From: Candidatus Firestoneibacteriota bacterium
GTDB lineage: Bacteria; Oederibacteriota; D2-FULL-39-29
Length of the DNA stretch: 64,000 nt
Direction: 5' to 3'
NCBI GenBank assembly: GCA_903928075.1
Contig: CAIYPD010000076.1
Location: 10,292 to 74,291, forward strand
Part shown: positions 1 through 7,621 of the stretch, in pieces
Position numbering within the stretch: the first letter of the stretch is position 1
Layout of the letters: each line of letters begins with the position of its first letter
Made by a program: the position numbers and the translations under genes
Notes under the pieces: generated by a model
Told to the model about the DNA's origin: nothing
Database searches by the model: none
The model's input: only the letters and a program-made list of their open reading frames with translations

Positions 1-234
1 GGCTCGCAGAGATGATCAAGGGCGGCATTATGCGTATCAAGAAGTTTTAGCCCGTGTTTCTTTAAAAGTTTTTTGAGCCCTTCAATATAAAAATCTTCAT
101 AAAGAATATCTTTAACCCAGTGCTCGCACCAGTGAATATACTTAAAGCCGGCTTCTGCAATAAGCCGGAGCTTGGGCTCTATCGGCCCTCCGTCATCCCT
201 ATAGTCCGTAGTTATGGATATTCTGTTATTCATT
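1..234 (-). CDS. sugar phosphate isomerase/epimerase-like (xylose-isomerase-like TIM barrel) protein, N-terminal fragment; gene continues beyond window start
   Basis: Reverse frame is open from ATG at 232-234 to position 1: MNNRISITTDYRDDGGPIEPKLRLIAEAGFKYIHWCEHWVKDILYEDFYIEGLKKLLKKHGLKLLDTHNAAL. The AGF..I(E/H) segment resembles the N-terminal strand of xylose-isomerase-like TIM barrels. The ATG overlaps the stop of the upstream small ORF (ATGA). Absent from the ORF track because there is no in-window stop. Confidence 0.4.
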
Positions 235-460
235 TTTCTTCTTTTAAAAAATACTCCGCCCGTACCTTGCAGGAAAGCAAGGCAAGGAAAAGCGAGATAC
301 CGGTGCTCCAGGGTGTAAAGGTGCAATGGGCTTTGTATCCGAGCTTGCATATTTTGCTTGCCGCCACATCCGGAATCAGTGTGACAACCGCCGACAAAGT
401 CATAAGCACCGTGAATCCCAAAAGTATTCCATACCAGGGTTGTTTTTTTTGCTTTAACAT
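230..460 (-). CDS. small two-TM membrane protein (76 aa), hypothetical
   Basis: ORF preceded by AGGAGGAAGTAATATG, a strong SD. Two hydrophobic helices (GILLGFTVLMTLSAVVTLI; GISLFLALLS). Translationally coupled to the downstream isomerase-like gene. Confidence 0.45.
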   Translation of the reverse strand: MLKQKKQPWYGILLGFTVLMTLSAVVTLIPDVAASKICKLGYKAHCTFTPWSTGISLFLALLSCKVRAEYFLKEEK

Positions 461-621
461 ATTACTTCCTCCTATCTGTAATTTGCCAACTCTATTTCCG
501 TTCTTTTTCTCTTCTTTCTGTGCTTGCCGGCCTTGCCAAATGCGTCAAAATGCGTATACTCGGTAGAAACCTCAAAAAGATATTTTGGCCGGCATTATTT
601 GATTTGCCTTTGCTATCCCTG

Positions 622-2043
622 TTACAATAGACTTTTCAAAACCTTCCAGCGTCCACTTTTCGTCGGTCCAACATGTTTCACTATTCCTTCTTTTTGAAGT
701 TTTCTAAGATAATGGATAATAGAACTTTCCGTCATTCTGGTTTCCCGTGAAATCTGCTTTCTGGTTATTTCTGAATTCATTCTTATAGCATCAATTATTA
801 TTTGTACATTTCCTTTGTGTTTCTTGTGCGTTTCCTGTGTGTTTCTTGTGCGTTTCTTGTGCGTCTTCTGAATACCATTCCCAAAAGAATTATCCATATT
901 TCTATTTACCATTCTGTAAAACACCACCATGAATCCCGTTTTAAGTATTTTGAAGTCTACCTTAACTCCAGCTTCTTTGCACAAGCTATAAATCTTTTTC
1001 AAACCAGAACCCCATTTCTCGACTTCTCTGGACTTATACAAAATATCCGCTATAAGCGGATTTCTTAAAACGGATTGTTCTTCCTTTTTAATATAGTCCT
1101 GCGGAGTTAGCCCTTCGGGAAAATCTCCCGGATTCCAGATCTCTATACGGTTCTTAAATATTGCTATCTTATTACTTTCAGGTGCAAGGTAGTCCCTATG
1201 GCATAAAGAATTAACAAGTACTTCTCTAATAGCATCTACCGGAACCTCCGGGATTTCCTGCCGTTCAAGTCCAACAGTTTTCGCACGCCAATTCATTTTT
1301 TCTTTTATGTAATCCTCTGATTTTTTAAGAAGGTTGAAAATGTTGTCTTTGTATTGATTAATATCAAGGAATGTTATCTTGTCAACGCCGGCAAATACTG
1401 CGACTTGAACCTCCAGAGAATTGTTCTTGCAAAAGAGCACTTGCGCCGCATTTGAAAGTTTACTATTTTTTATCAGTCCTAGCTTTTTCAATACATTCGG
1501 GACATTGTCATACTTAAAGCTTATTCTGCCAGCAAGATTTGCTCTCTTGACATAGTCCTTTACTGTTCCAGTGTTAATATCCTTAAAAGAGCTATTGGAA
1601 ATTTGGACTTCCCATTTAAATTTATCGGCACTCTTTTTTATAATTACCTTTCTCATCTCGTTTGCGCTCAGTTGCTTATCTTCATCCGCAACTCTAATAT
1701 AAACGCGGCCATAAGCATGATATGGAATATCTTCGCCTTGAAACTCAATCTTTATACAGGATTTACCTTTAATCTTAACTGTATCTATTGAAGGATATAT
1801 CTTTGGTTCTATATGATCAGAAATTGCCCGAGAAATATCCCGTAAAGTTGAAGACCCGATCACCTGCCCTATAACTTCACCGTCATTTCTAACACCAAAA
1901 AATAGTTCACCTTTCTTATGCTTATTCAAAATGGAAGAAATGGAAATAACAGCTTCTTTAAGTTCAGAAGTTGATTTTTTAAATTCCAATACTTCAGATT
2001 CTTTCAATTCCATATCCGCCCCTGTTTGCATTATTACTATCAA
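622..2043 (-). CDS. AlbA_2 (Schlafen-like divergent AAA) + HATPase_c_4 + C-terminal winged-HTH protein; 'RecG C-terminal-like putative transcriptional regulator' family
   Basis: N-terminal ELKESEVLEFKKS...GELFFGVRNDGEVIG is the AlbA_2/Schlafen core. C-terminal ITRKQISRETRMTESSIIHYLRKLQKEGIV is a wHTH. Internal 11-bp tandem DNA repeat (TTGTGCGTTTC x4, about 805-875) encodes a THKK(H/R) low-complexity linker. Confidence 0.7.
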   Translation of the reverse strand: MIVIMQTGADMELKESEVLEFKKSTSELKEAVISISSILNKHKKGELFFGVRNDGEVIGQVIGSSTLRDISRAISDHIEPKIYPSIDTVKIKGKSCIKIEFQGEDIPYHAYGRVYIRVADEDKQLSANEMRKVIIKKSADKFKWEVQISNSSFKDINTGTVKDYVKRANLAGRISFKYDNVPNVLKKLGLIKNSKLSNAAQVLFCKNNSLEVQVAVFAGVDKITFLDINQYKDNIFNLLKKSEDYIKEKMNWRAKTVGLERQEIPEVPVDAIREVLVNSLCHRDYLAPESNKIAIFKNRIEIWNPGDFPEGLTPQDYIKKEEQSVLRNPLIADILYKSREVEKWGSGLKKIYSLCKEAGVKVDFKILKTGFMVVFYRMVNRNMDNSFGNGIQKTHKKRTRNTQETHKKHKGNVQIIIDAIRMNSEITRKQISRETRMTESSIIHYLRKLQKEGIVKHVGPTKSGRWKVLKSLL

Positions 2044-2239
2044 TTATTTCTAAACATCTGTTCATTTATTATATATTACCCGGAATGTTTTATACAGAAA
2101 AATATTAAAATAGGAGAAAAAAGGCGGATAATAAAGCATTTTTTTTCTGCGAGCGAAAATACACCCCTGATCCCAGGGTAATGAACCTTCCCAACCTTTT
2201 ACCGAAATTGTTTCTTTTTTTTCCATCACTAATAAAACA

Positions 2240-2494
2240 CTACTCTTTGTCTTTTAATTCTTTTTCTTTCTCGTAGTCTTGGTCGGCTTTTTCTTTATTT
2301 CCTTTTGCCTTGTAAGCATCCCCGCGCCTTCTGAATAAATAATCTTTACCCCGAAATAACTCGATGGCTTTATTATAATCATTGATAGCTTTGTCGTATT
2401 CTTTCTTCATGCATTCAGAGGGACAGCGCCTACTTATTTTACTATTCTTTCTGTGCTTGCAGACCATCCGAACATCAAACCTTCCAACCCTCAC
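2240..2494 (-). CDS. small Cys-containing TPR-like protein (84 aa), hypothetical
   Basis: C-x(10)-C-x3-C cluster followed by a TPR-like helix pair (YDKAINDYNKAIELF...GDAYKAKGN). Lies immediately downstream of the ABC ATPase gene with a 6-bp gap. Confidence 0.4.
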   Translation of the reverse strand: MRVGRFDVRMVCKHRKNSKISRRCPSECMKKEYDKAINDYNKAIELFRGKDYLFRRRGDAYKAKGNKEKADQDYEKEKELKDKE

Positions 2495-2500
2495 CTTTTC

Positions 2501-3334
2501 CTACTTCACTTCCGCTCTATAGCCTGTTTTTTCTCTTATCAATTTAATATCCGCACCATAAAGCTCTGACAGGTTTTTTGTAGTCAGGGTGTTTTCTATT
2601 TCTCCGTCTTTAAATATTCTGCCTTCTTTAAAGAGCACAACGCGTTTTATTTCCGGAATAATATCTTCCAGGTCATGGGTCACGAGAATAATACTGGTCC
2701 CGGCTTTTGCTATCCCGGAAAGTATCTTTCTCAAACGGGCTGCAGCTTTTATATCAAGCCCGCTGGTCGGCTCGTCCAGAAGAAGCGTATCCGGCTCATG
2801 CGCCAGCGCCCGGGCAATCAGGGCCAGCCGGGCTTCTCCCGTGGAAATGGCGCTCATACTGCGGTTTTTCAAATGAGCAATACCGAGAAAGCCCAGAGTT
2901 TCTTCTGCTTTTTTCTTCATGGCATCCGTAACTTCCTCCCGCCAGATACCTATACTCGAAAAGTAACCGGAAAGTATATTATCAAAGACTGAAATATCGC
3001 CGAGCTCTGAAGAAAGGAAAGCAAATTGAAGTTCCGGGGAAATAATACCCATATGACTCTTGAGCTCAAAAATATGCCAGTCCTCCCGCCCGAAAATATC
3101 AAAGACCACCGGCACGGTTTTTAATTCGGGATACCGCTTTCTGGTAATAAGATTGATAAAGGAGGACTTACCGGAGCCGTTGGGGCCGAGAATAACAACA
3201 TTTTCGCCGCGCAAAATCAAAAGTTCTTTTATATCAACCGCTCTCTTTCCTTCTATATAGTCATATATCAAAGCGGTATTTTTGAAGTGTAACACAGGTG
3301 TGTCTGCTTTAAGAGTTTTTTTAATATTTTTCAT
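2501..3334 (-). CDS. ABC transporter ATP-binding protein (stand-alone ATPase, no permease adjacent)
   Basis: Walker A GPNGSGKSS. Signature-like ISTGEARLALIARALA. Walker B LLLDEPTSGLD. H-loop VTHD. Confidence 0.85.
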   Translation of the reverse strand: MKNIKKTLKADTPVLHFKNTALIYDYIEGKRAVDIKELLILRGENVVILGPNGSGKSSFINLITRKRYPELKTVPVVFDIFGREDWHIFELKSHMGIISPELQFAFLSSELGDISVFDNILSGYFSSIGIWREEVTDAMKKKAEETLGFLGIAHLKNRSMSAISTGEARLALIARALAHEPDTLLLDEPTSGLDIKAAARLRKILSGIAKAGTSIILVTHDLEDIIPEIKRVVLFKEGRIFKDGEIENTLTTKNLSELYGADIKLIREKTGYRAEVK

Positions 3335-3403
3335 TTTTTTTGCGGGAAACCGGCTCCGAAAGGTTAACTCCTTCGAAAAACCGCCAAAACTGGAGCTGCT
3401 CTA

Positions 3404-4405
3404 TCAAATTTCTACTTCCTTAAGATACTTGGCGGCTTCTTCCGGCGAGGTCGGATTAATATAGAAGCCCGAGCCCCATTCAAAACCGGCGACCTTCGTA
3501 AGCTTCGGGATGATCTCCAGATGCCAGTGGGTAGAAGCCCCATAAGCTTTTTTCAAGGGCGCAGTGTGGATGATGTAATTATAAGGCGGATCGTTCAACG
3601 CTTTTTTTATTTTCAAGAGTGTATCTTTAAGAATACGGGCCATATCAAAGGACTGCTCTTCATTAATATTTATAAAGTCCGCATTATGTGTTTTCGGTAA
3701 AATCCATGTTTCAAAAGGGAATCTGGGCGCAAACGGCGCAAAGGAAACAAAGTTTCTGTTTTCCAGAATGACCCTGGTCCCGTCTTTCATTTCTTGCTTG
3801 ATCATATCGCAAAAAACACATCTTTCTTTGTATTCATAATGGTGTTGCGCACCTTCCAGCTCTTCGAGGACCCTTTTTGGAATAATGGGAGTTGCTATCA
3901 ACTGGGAATGGGGATGTTCAAGTGTCGCGCCCGCGGCGTCTCCGTGATTACGGAATAAGAGAATATATTCAAACCTGAGGTCATTTTTGAGATCGAGACA
4001 TCGCATCTTATAAGTCCAAATTACTTTCTGCACCTGCTCATAAGAAAAATCCGCCATAGACTTTTCATGTTCGGGCGTTTCAATAATAACTTCATGCGCC
4101 CCTATGCCTTCCATCATGTCGTACATACCGTCGCCGCGCCGGTTAAGGTCACCTTCAACCCGGAGCACCGGAAATTTATTGGGCACCACCCGAACTTCCC
4201 AACCCGGCTGGTTTCGCCCTGTGTTGGCGGGCCTCATGGCAATAATCTCCGAAGCTGTTTTATCCTCACTGCCGTAACAGAAAGGACAAAATCCCTTTTT
4301 TTTCTTTTCTACAGGTTGATCCAGAAAGTCGTTCGGCCTTTTCGACCTGTCGGTAGAAATAATAACCCACCTGTTCGAAACCGGGTCTTTTCTGAGTTCA
4401 GGCAT
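3404..4405 (-). CDS. galT: galactose-1-phosphate uridylyltransferase (HIT-family GalT)
   Basis: N-terminal zinc knuckle FCPFC. Active-site HPHSQLI (H-x-H-x-Q). Length 333 aa. SD AAAGGAGA upstream. Confidence 0.8.
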   Translation of the reverse strand: MPELRKDPVSNRWVIISTDRSKRPNDFLDQPVEKKKKGFCPFCYGSEDKTASEIIAMRPANTGRNQPGWEVRVVPNKFPVLRVEGDLNRRGDGMYDMMEGIGAHEVIIETPEHEKSMADFSYEQVQKVIWTYKMRCLDLKNDLRFEYILLFRNHGDAAGATLEHPHSQLIATPIIPKRVLEELEGAQHHYEYKERCVFCDMIKQEMKDGTRVILENRNFVSFAPFAPRFPFETWILPKTHNADFININEEQSFDMARILKDTLLKIKKALNDPPYNYIIHTAPLKKAYGASTHWHLEIIPKLTKVAGFEWGSGFYINPTSPEEAAKYLKEVEI

Positions 4406-4441
4406 GTAAATCTCCTTTTCAGCCGTTTAAGTATTTAAAAA

Positions 4442-4470
4442 AGTATAACACACCCAAGGGTTTATTTCAA
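4442..4470 (-). promoter_or_regulatory. sigma70-like promoter for galT (TTGAAA-N17-TATACT on the minus strand)
   Basis: Minus-strand read gives TTGAAA (4470-4465), a 17-nt spacer, then TATACT (4447-4442), about 40 nt upstream of the galT start. Confidence 0.45.
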
Positions 4471-4520
4471 TTTGTAAAAGGCGTTATCAAAGTAATGCCT
4501 CAGTTTCGGGTCACATTATA

Positions 4521-4579
4521 ATGTAGTTGCCTGATTTATCAGGCATTTTTAAAGCGCCCAATGAATTGGGCAACTACAT
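4521..4579 (-). promoter_or_regulatory. nested inverted-repeat element at the 3' end of the URO-D-like gene (outer 11-bp arms enclosing two 7-bp hairpins)
   Basis: Outer arms ATGTAGTTGCC (4521-4531) and GGCAACTACAT (4569-4579). Inner hairpins GCCTGAT-TT-ATCAGGC and GCCCAAT-GA-ATTGGGC. No U-tract follows, so it is not a canonical intrinsic terminator. Confidence 0.4.
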
Positions 4580-5692
4580 TGTTTGCAATAGCTTCTTTTT
4601 CCGCTCGATATAATACTTGAAATTTTCATAAGATACTTCAGGAGATATAGTGTGATCAATGGTAGGTATGTAACCGCCCTCTTCTCTCAGGGGCAGGAGC
4701 TTTTTTTCAAGTTCTTCATCTATCATTCTTTTATTGCCAAAAAGTTTTCTTTTATCAATTCCCCCTATAAGAGCAACATCTTTTCCGTATTCTTTCCTTA
4801 CTTTCACCGGGTCCATACCGGCAGCACCCTCGAGCGGCCAGATACAGGTTGCGCCCGCTTCGATAATAAGCGGAATCAAAGGTTCAATATTTCCGTCACT
4901 GTCAAGTTCTATGAATTTCACGCCTTTGCTTTTCACAAAATTGAACATTTGCTTATGCCGCGGCAGGAAAAACTCCCTGTAGGTGGCGGGAGAAAGCAGA
5001 GGTCCGGACTTGCAGGCAAAATCTTCATTGCAAATAAAAGTATCAATCTCAACTTCGTTGAGCGCTTTTTCTGTGACCTGCATAAAATATTCCACAAAAA
5101 AATCCAAAATTTCGTGTACAAGTTCCGGCTGGTCATAAAAAGCGTAGGAAAGCCGTTCCGTCCCCATCATCTCCCGCAAATTCCAGTAAAGGCCGGCAAA
5201 GCCGCAGTTATCGCATAAATAAAGGGGAAAATCCCTCTTCTTCCATTCTATTTTTTTCTTTTCCCAGTCCGCCGGATATCTTTCAGGAAGTTTAGAATCA
5301 AAATGTTTTTTAAATTCAAGAAAATCCACCCGGGTCTTTACATAGAAATCCATAAAGGTGTCCATGGACATCCTGGTCCCGCGCACTTCGCCTTCCTTTA
5401 AACCCCTCCGGGTCTGCCCCCAGTTATCAATATACACAATGTACCTTTCCGTCTCTTCTATTACCTTATGAAGGCCCGGCAGAGGGTCAAACTTCAGTTT
5501 AATATATTCCCGCCTGTCCAGCTCCGCTGCTTTTGGTTCACCCCGGAACCAGTCACCTTTGATATCTTCTTCCCTGGCCCCTTCGTCCAGCCACCTTTGA
5601 TAGGTCTGCCCCCAGACTCCGAGCTCATAGTTCGGTATCCTGTCAACCGCCTTAAAACTCATCGTATTTATATATCTTTCTCTCGCATTCAT
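4574..5692 (-). CDS. uroporphyrinogen-decarboxylase (URO-D) family protein, subfamily b (methyltransferase-like); likely start at 5692, ORF track extends to 5767
   Basis: N-terminal RERYINTMSFKAVDRIP is the URO-D/MtaA family signature (ERVLxAxxxExxDRVP). C-terminal GGYIPTIDH. SD GGAGGAAAAGGA precedes the ATG at 5690-5692. The 25-codon in-frame extension is translated from a conserved leader repeat. Confidence 0.75.
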   Translation of the reverse strand: MNARERYINTMSFKAVDRIPNYELGVWGQTYQRWLDEGAREEDIKGDWFRGEPKAAELDRREYIKLKFDPLPGLHKVIEETERYIVYIDNWGQTRRGLKEGEVRGTRMSMDTFMDFYVKTRVDFLEFKKHFDSKLPERYPADWEKKKIEWKKRDFPLYLCDNCGFAGLYWNLREMMGTERLSYAFYDQPELVHEILDFFVEYFMQVTEKALNEVEIDTFICNEDFACKSGPLLSPATYREFFLPRHKQMFNFVKSKGVKFIELDSDGNIEPLIPLIIEAGATCIWPLEGAAGMDPVKVRKEYGKDVALIGGIDKRKLFGNKRMIDEELEKKLLPLREEGGYIPTIDHTISPEVSYENFKYYIERKKKLLQTM

Positions 5693-5711
5693 AATATATC
5701 CTTTTCCTCCG

Positions 5712-5800
5712 CTTCTCCGCCAAAAAGCGTTGGCGGATTTCGCAATGCTCAACTTCTCATTATTCATCTTGTTTTTCTTCTATCTATTGCTCCATTGCTC
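5712..5800 (-). repeat. conserved ~90-bp 5' leader, copy A (about 90% identical to copy B at 16942-17037), containing a CCGCCAA..TTGGCGG hairpin and a CAATAGATAGAAG motif
   Basis: By-eye alignment to 16942-17037. On the sense strand it carries ATGAATAATGAGAAGTTGAGCATTGCGAAATCCGCCAACGCTTTTTGGCGGAGAAGC. Confidence 0.7.
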
Positions 5801-6339
5801 TATTTTTCTATTTCATAAATAGCAGCCCTTGTCATCCGGCTTACCATCTCTTCTTTTCCGTTTATGTAAGCTTGAAGGTTATTTTTATATTTTGCTGCCA
5901 GCGTTTTTTTATAAAGGGAAAGTTTTTCAGCCACCTTAGGATGCGTCTCCAAATACTTTCTAAAAGCAAGATGGCGTTTTAACTCCCCGCTGTCGCTTTG
6001 ACAAACATACATGTGATGTTTAGGGAGGGTGTTTTTCCGGGTCTCATCCTTAAGGTCAAAGGCTTCTCTTCCGGGAATTCCAAGGTTTCCTTGATGAACA
6101 TATCCCAGAATGCTAAGTTTTTGAAGTATTTCAGGAAAACTGCCGGGCTTTATCACGATATCAATGTCAATTATGGGTTTTGCAGTCATTCCGCTTACAG
6201 AAGTACTGCCTATATGCTCTATTCTTAGAAAGGAATTCCCCAGCCCCTCCGCAAGGAAATCTTTTACAGACTCAAACCATTTTGCCCATTCCGGATTATA
6301 ATCCTCAACCAGCATCATTATCCTTTTTTTAATTATCAT
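5800..6339 (-). CDS. GrpB family protein (UPF0157, nucleotidyltransferase-fold)
   Basis: IEHIGSTSV motif. KPIIDIDIV. About 175 aa, typical GrpB length. Confidence 0.7.
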   Translation of the reverse strand: MIIKKRIMMLVEDYNPEWAKWFESVKDFLAEGLGNSFLRIEHIGSTSVSGMTAKPIIDIDIVIKPGSFPEILQKLSILGYVHQGNLGIPGREAFDLKDETRKNTLPKHHMYVCQSDSGELKRHLAFRKYLETHPKVAEKLSLYKKTLAAKYKNNLQAYINGKEEMVSRMTRAAIYEIEK

Positions 6340-6400
6340 TGTTAATATATAGGTTCAACGATTTTGTTTCGTATTTCGAATTTAGTGCTTCGAATTTGCT

Positions 6401-7618
6401 TTATCGTGGCCCCACGGTAAGTAACTTCATCCTCTCCTTCACAAAAAGCCTTTCGGCAAACTCCATCAAATCTTCTTTTTTTATCTTTTCTATCTCAGCC
6501 ATAATCCCGTCAAGATCCAAAAACTTCTCTTTATAGAATTCCTGTTTCAAAAGCCGGGTCATACGGTTGGTTGTGTTTTCCATACTTAGAATATAACTGC
6601 CTTTTATCTGCTGTTTTATCTTGGTGAGTTCTTTGTCTTTAATCCCGGTTTTCATCTTTAAAAGCTCAATATTAACGACTTCCAGAAGTTCCGCAAGTTT
6701 TTCCCTGTCTGTTGCGGCATAGACAAAAATAATACCGGAGTCGGAATAAGAATCGGCGTGCGAACTTATGGAATAGCAGAGACCGCGTTTTTCGCGAACC
6801 TCCTGAAAGAGATGAGAAGACATGGAGCCGCCGAGTATTTCGTTCATCACGAGAAGCTTATATCTGTCCTTATGCCTGAAGGATAAGCCTTCAGTCCCGA
6901 GACAGACATGCACCTGCTCGAGCTTCCGATCTATTTCTTTATCGTTAAAATCATACTCCGGAGGGAGTGTTTTAATAGTGCTGCCACTCTTTTTCCAGGA
7001 GCCAAAGTATTTCTCCGTCAGAGCGTAGAACTCTTCCTGCTTAACATTGCCCGCCGCTGAAATTATGGCGTTCTCCGGGGAATAAAATCTTTTATAATAA
7101 TTTCCAACTTTATTTTGACTGAAACTGTTTACCGTGCCTTCGTAACCGAGAATAGGATGGCCCAGAGGATGCCCGCCATAAAGCCCTTCAATAAAAGTAT
7201 CAAAAGTAAATTCGTCCGGCGAATCCAGATACATCTTGATTTCTTCAAGAACAACGCTTTTTTCCCGGAGAATTTCTTTTTCGGCAAAAGAAGGTTTGAG
7301 AATAATCTCAGAAAGGAGTTTCATAACTTTGGGAAGATATTCATCAACCATTCTTACATAAAAACAGGTATATTCTCTGGAAGTAAAGGCGTCAATGGAA
7401 GCGCCCAGGAGGTCAAAACCTTCGGCGATATCAAAAGCGGAGAGCTTCTCGTTGCCTTTAAAGACCATATGCTCAATAAAATGAGAAGAGCCTTCCTCGC
7501 CTTTTGTTTCGTAACGGGAACCGGATTTTATCAGGAGGCCTAAAGAAACCGACCTGACATGCGCAAGTTCTTCTACATGCGCAGTCAGGCCGGAGGCTAA
7601 TACTCTTCTAGAATGCAT
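6401..7618 (-). CDS. M16 family zinc peptidase (insulinase-like)
   Basis: Inverted zinc-binding motif HFIEHMVFKG (HxxEH). 405 aa. Confidence 0.8.
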   Translation of the reverse strand: MHSRRVLASGLTAHVEELAHVRSVSLGLLIKSGSRYETKGEEGSSHFIEHMVFKGNEKLSAFDIAEGFDLLGASIDAFTSREYTCFYVRMVDEYLPKVMKLLSEIILKPSFAEKEILREKSVVLEEIKMYLDSPDEFTFDTFIEGLYGGHPLGHPILGYEGTVNSFSQNKVGNYYKRFYSPENAIISAAGNVKQEEFYALTEKYFGSWKKSGSTIKTLPPEYDFNDKEIDRKLEQVHVCLGTEGLSFRHKDRYKLLVMNEILGGSMSSHLFQEVREKRGLCYSISSHADSYSDSGIIFVYAATDREKLAELLEVVNIELLKMKTGIKDKELTKIKQQIKGSYILSMENTTNRMTRLLKQEFYKEKFLDLDGIMAEIEKIKKEDLMEFAERLFVKERMKLLTVGPR

Positions 7619-7621
7619 AAT

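Noticed and set aside
120-566. 148-aa plus-strand ORF in the track
   Set aside because: Overlaps two better-supported minus-strand ORFs (230-460 with a strong SD, 1-234 with a protein-like sequence). Low-complexity translation and no SD.
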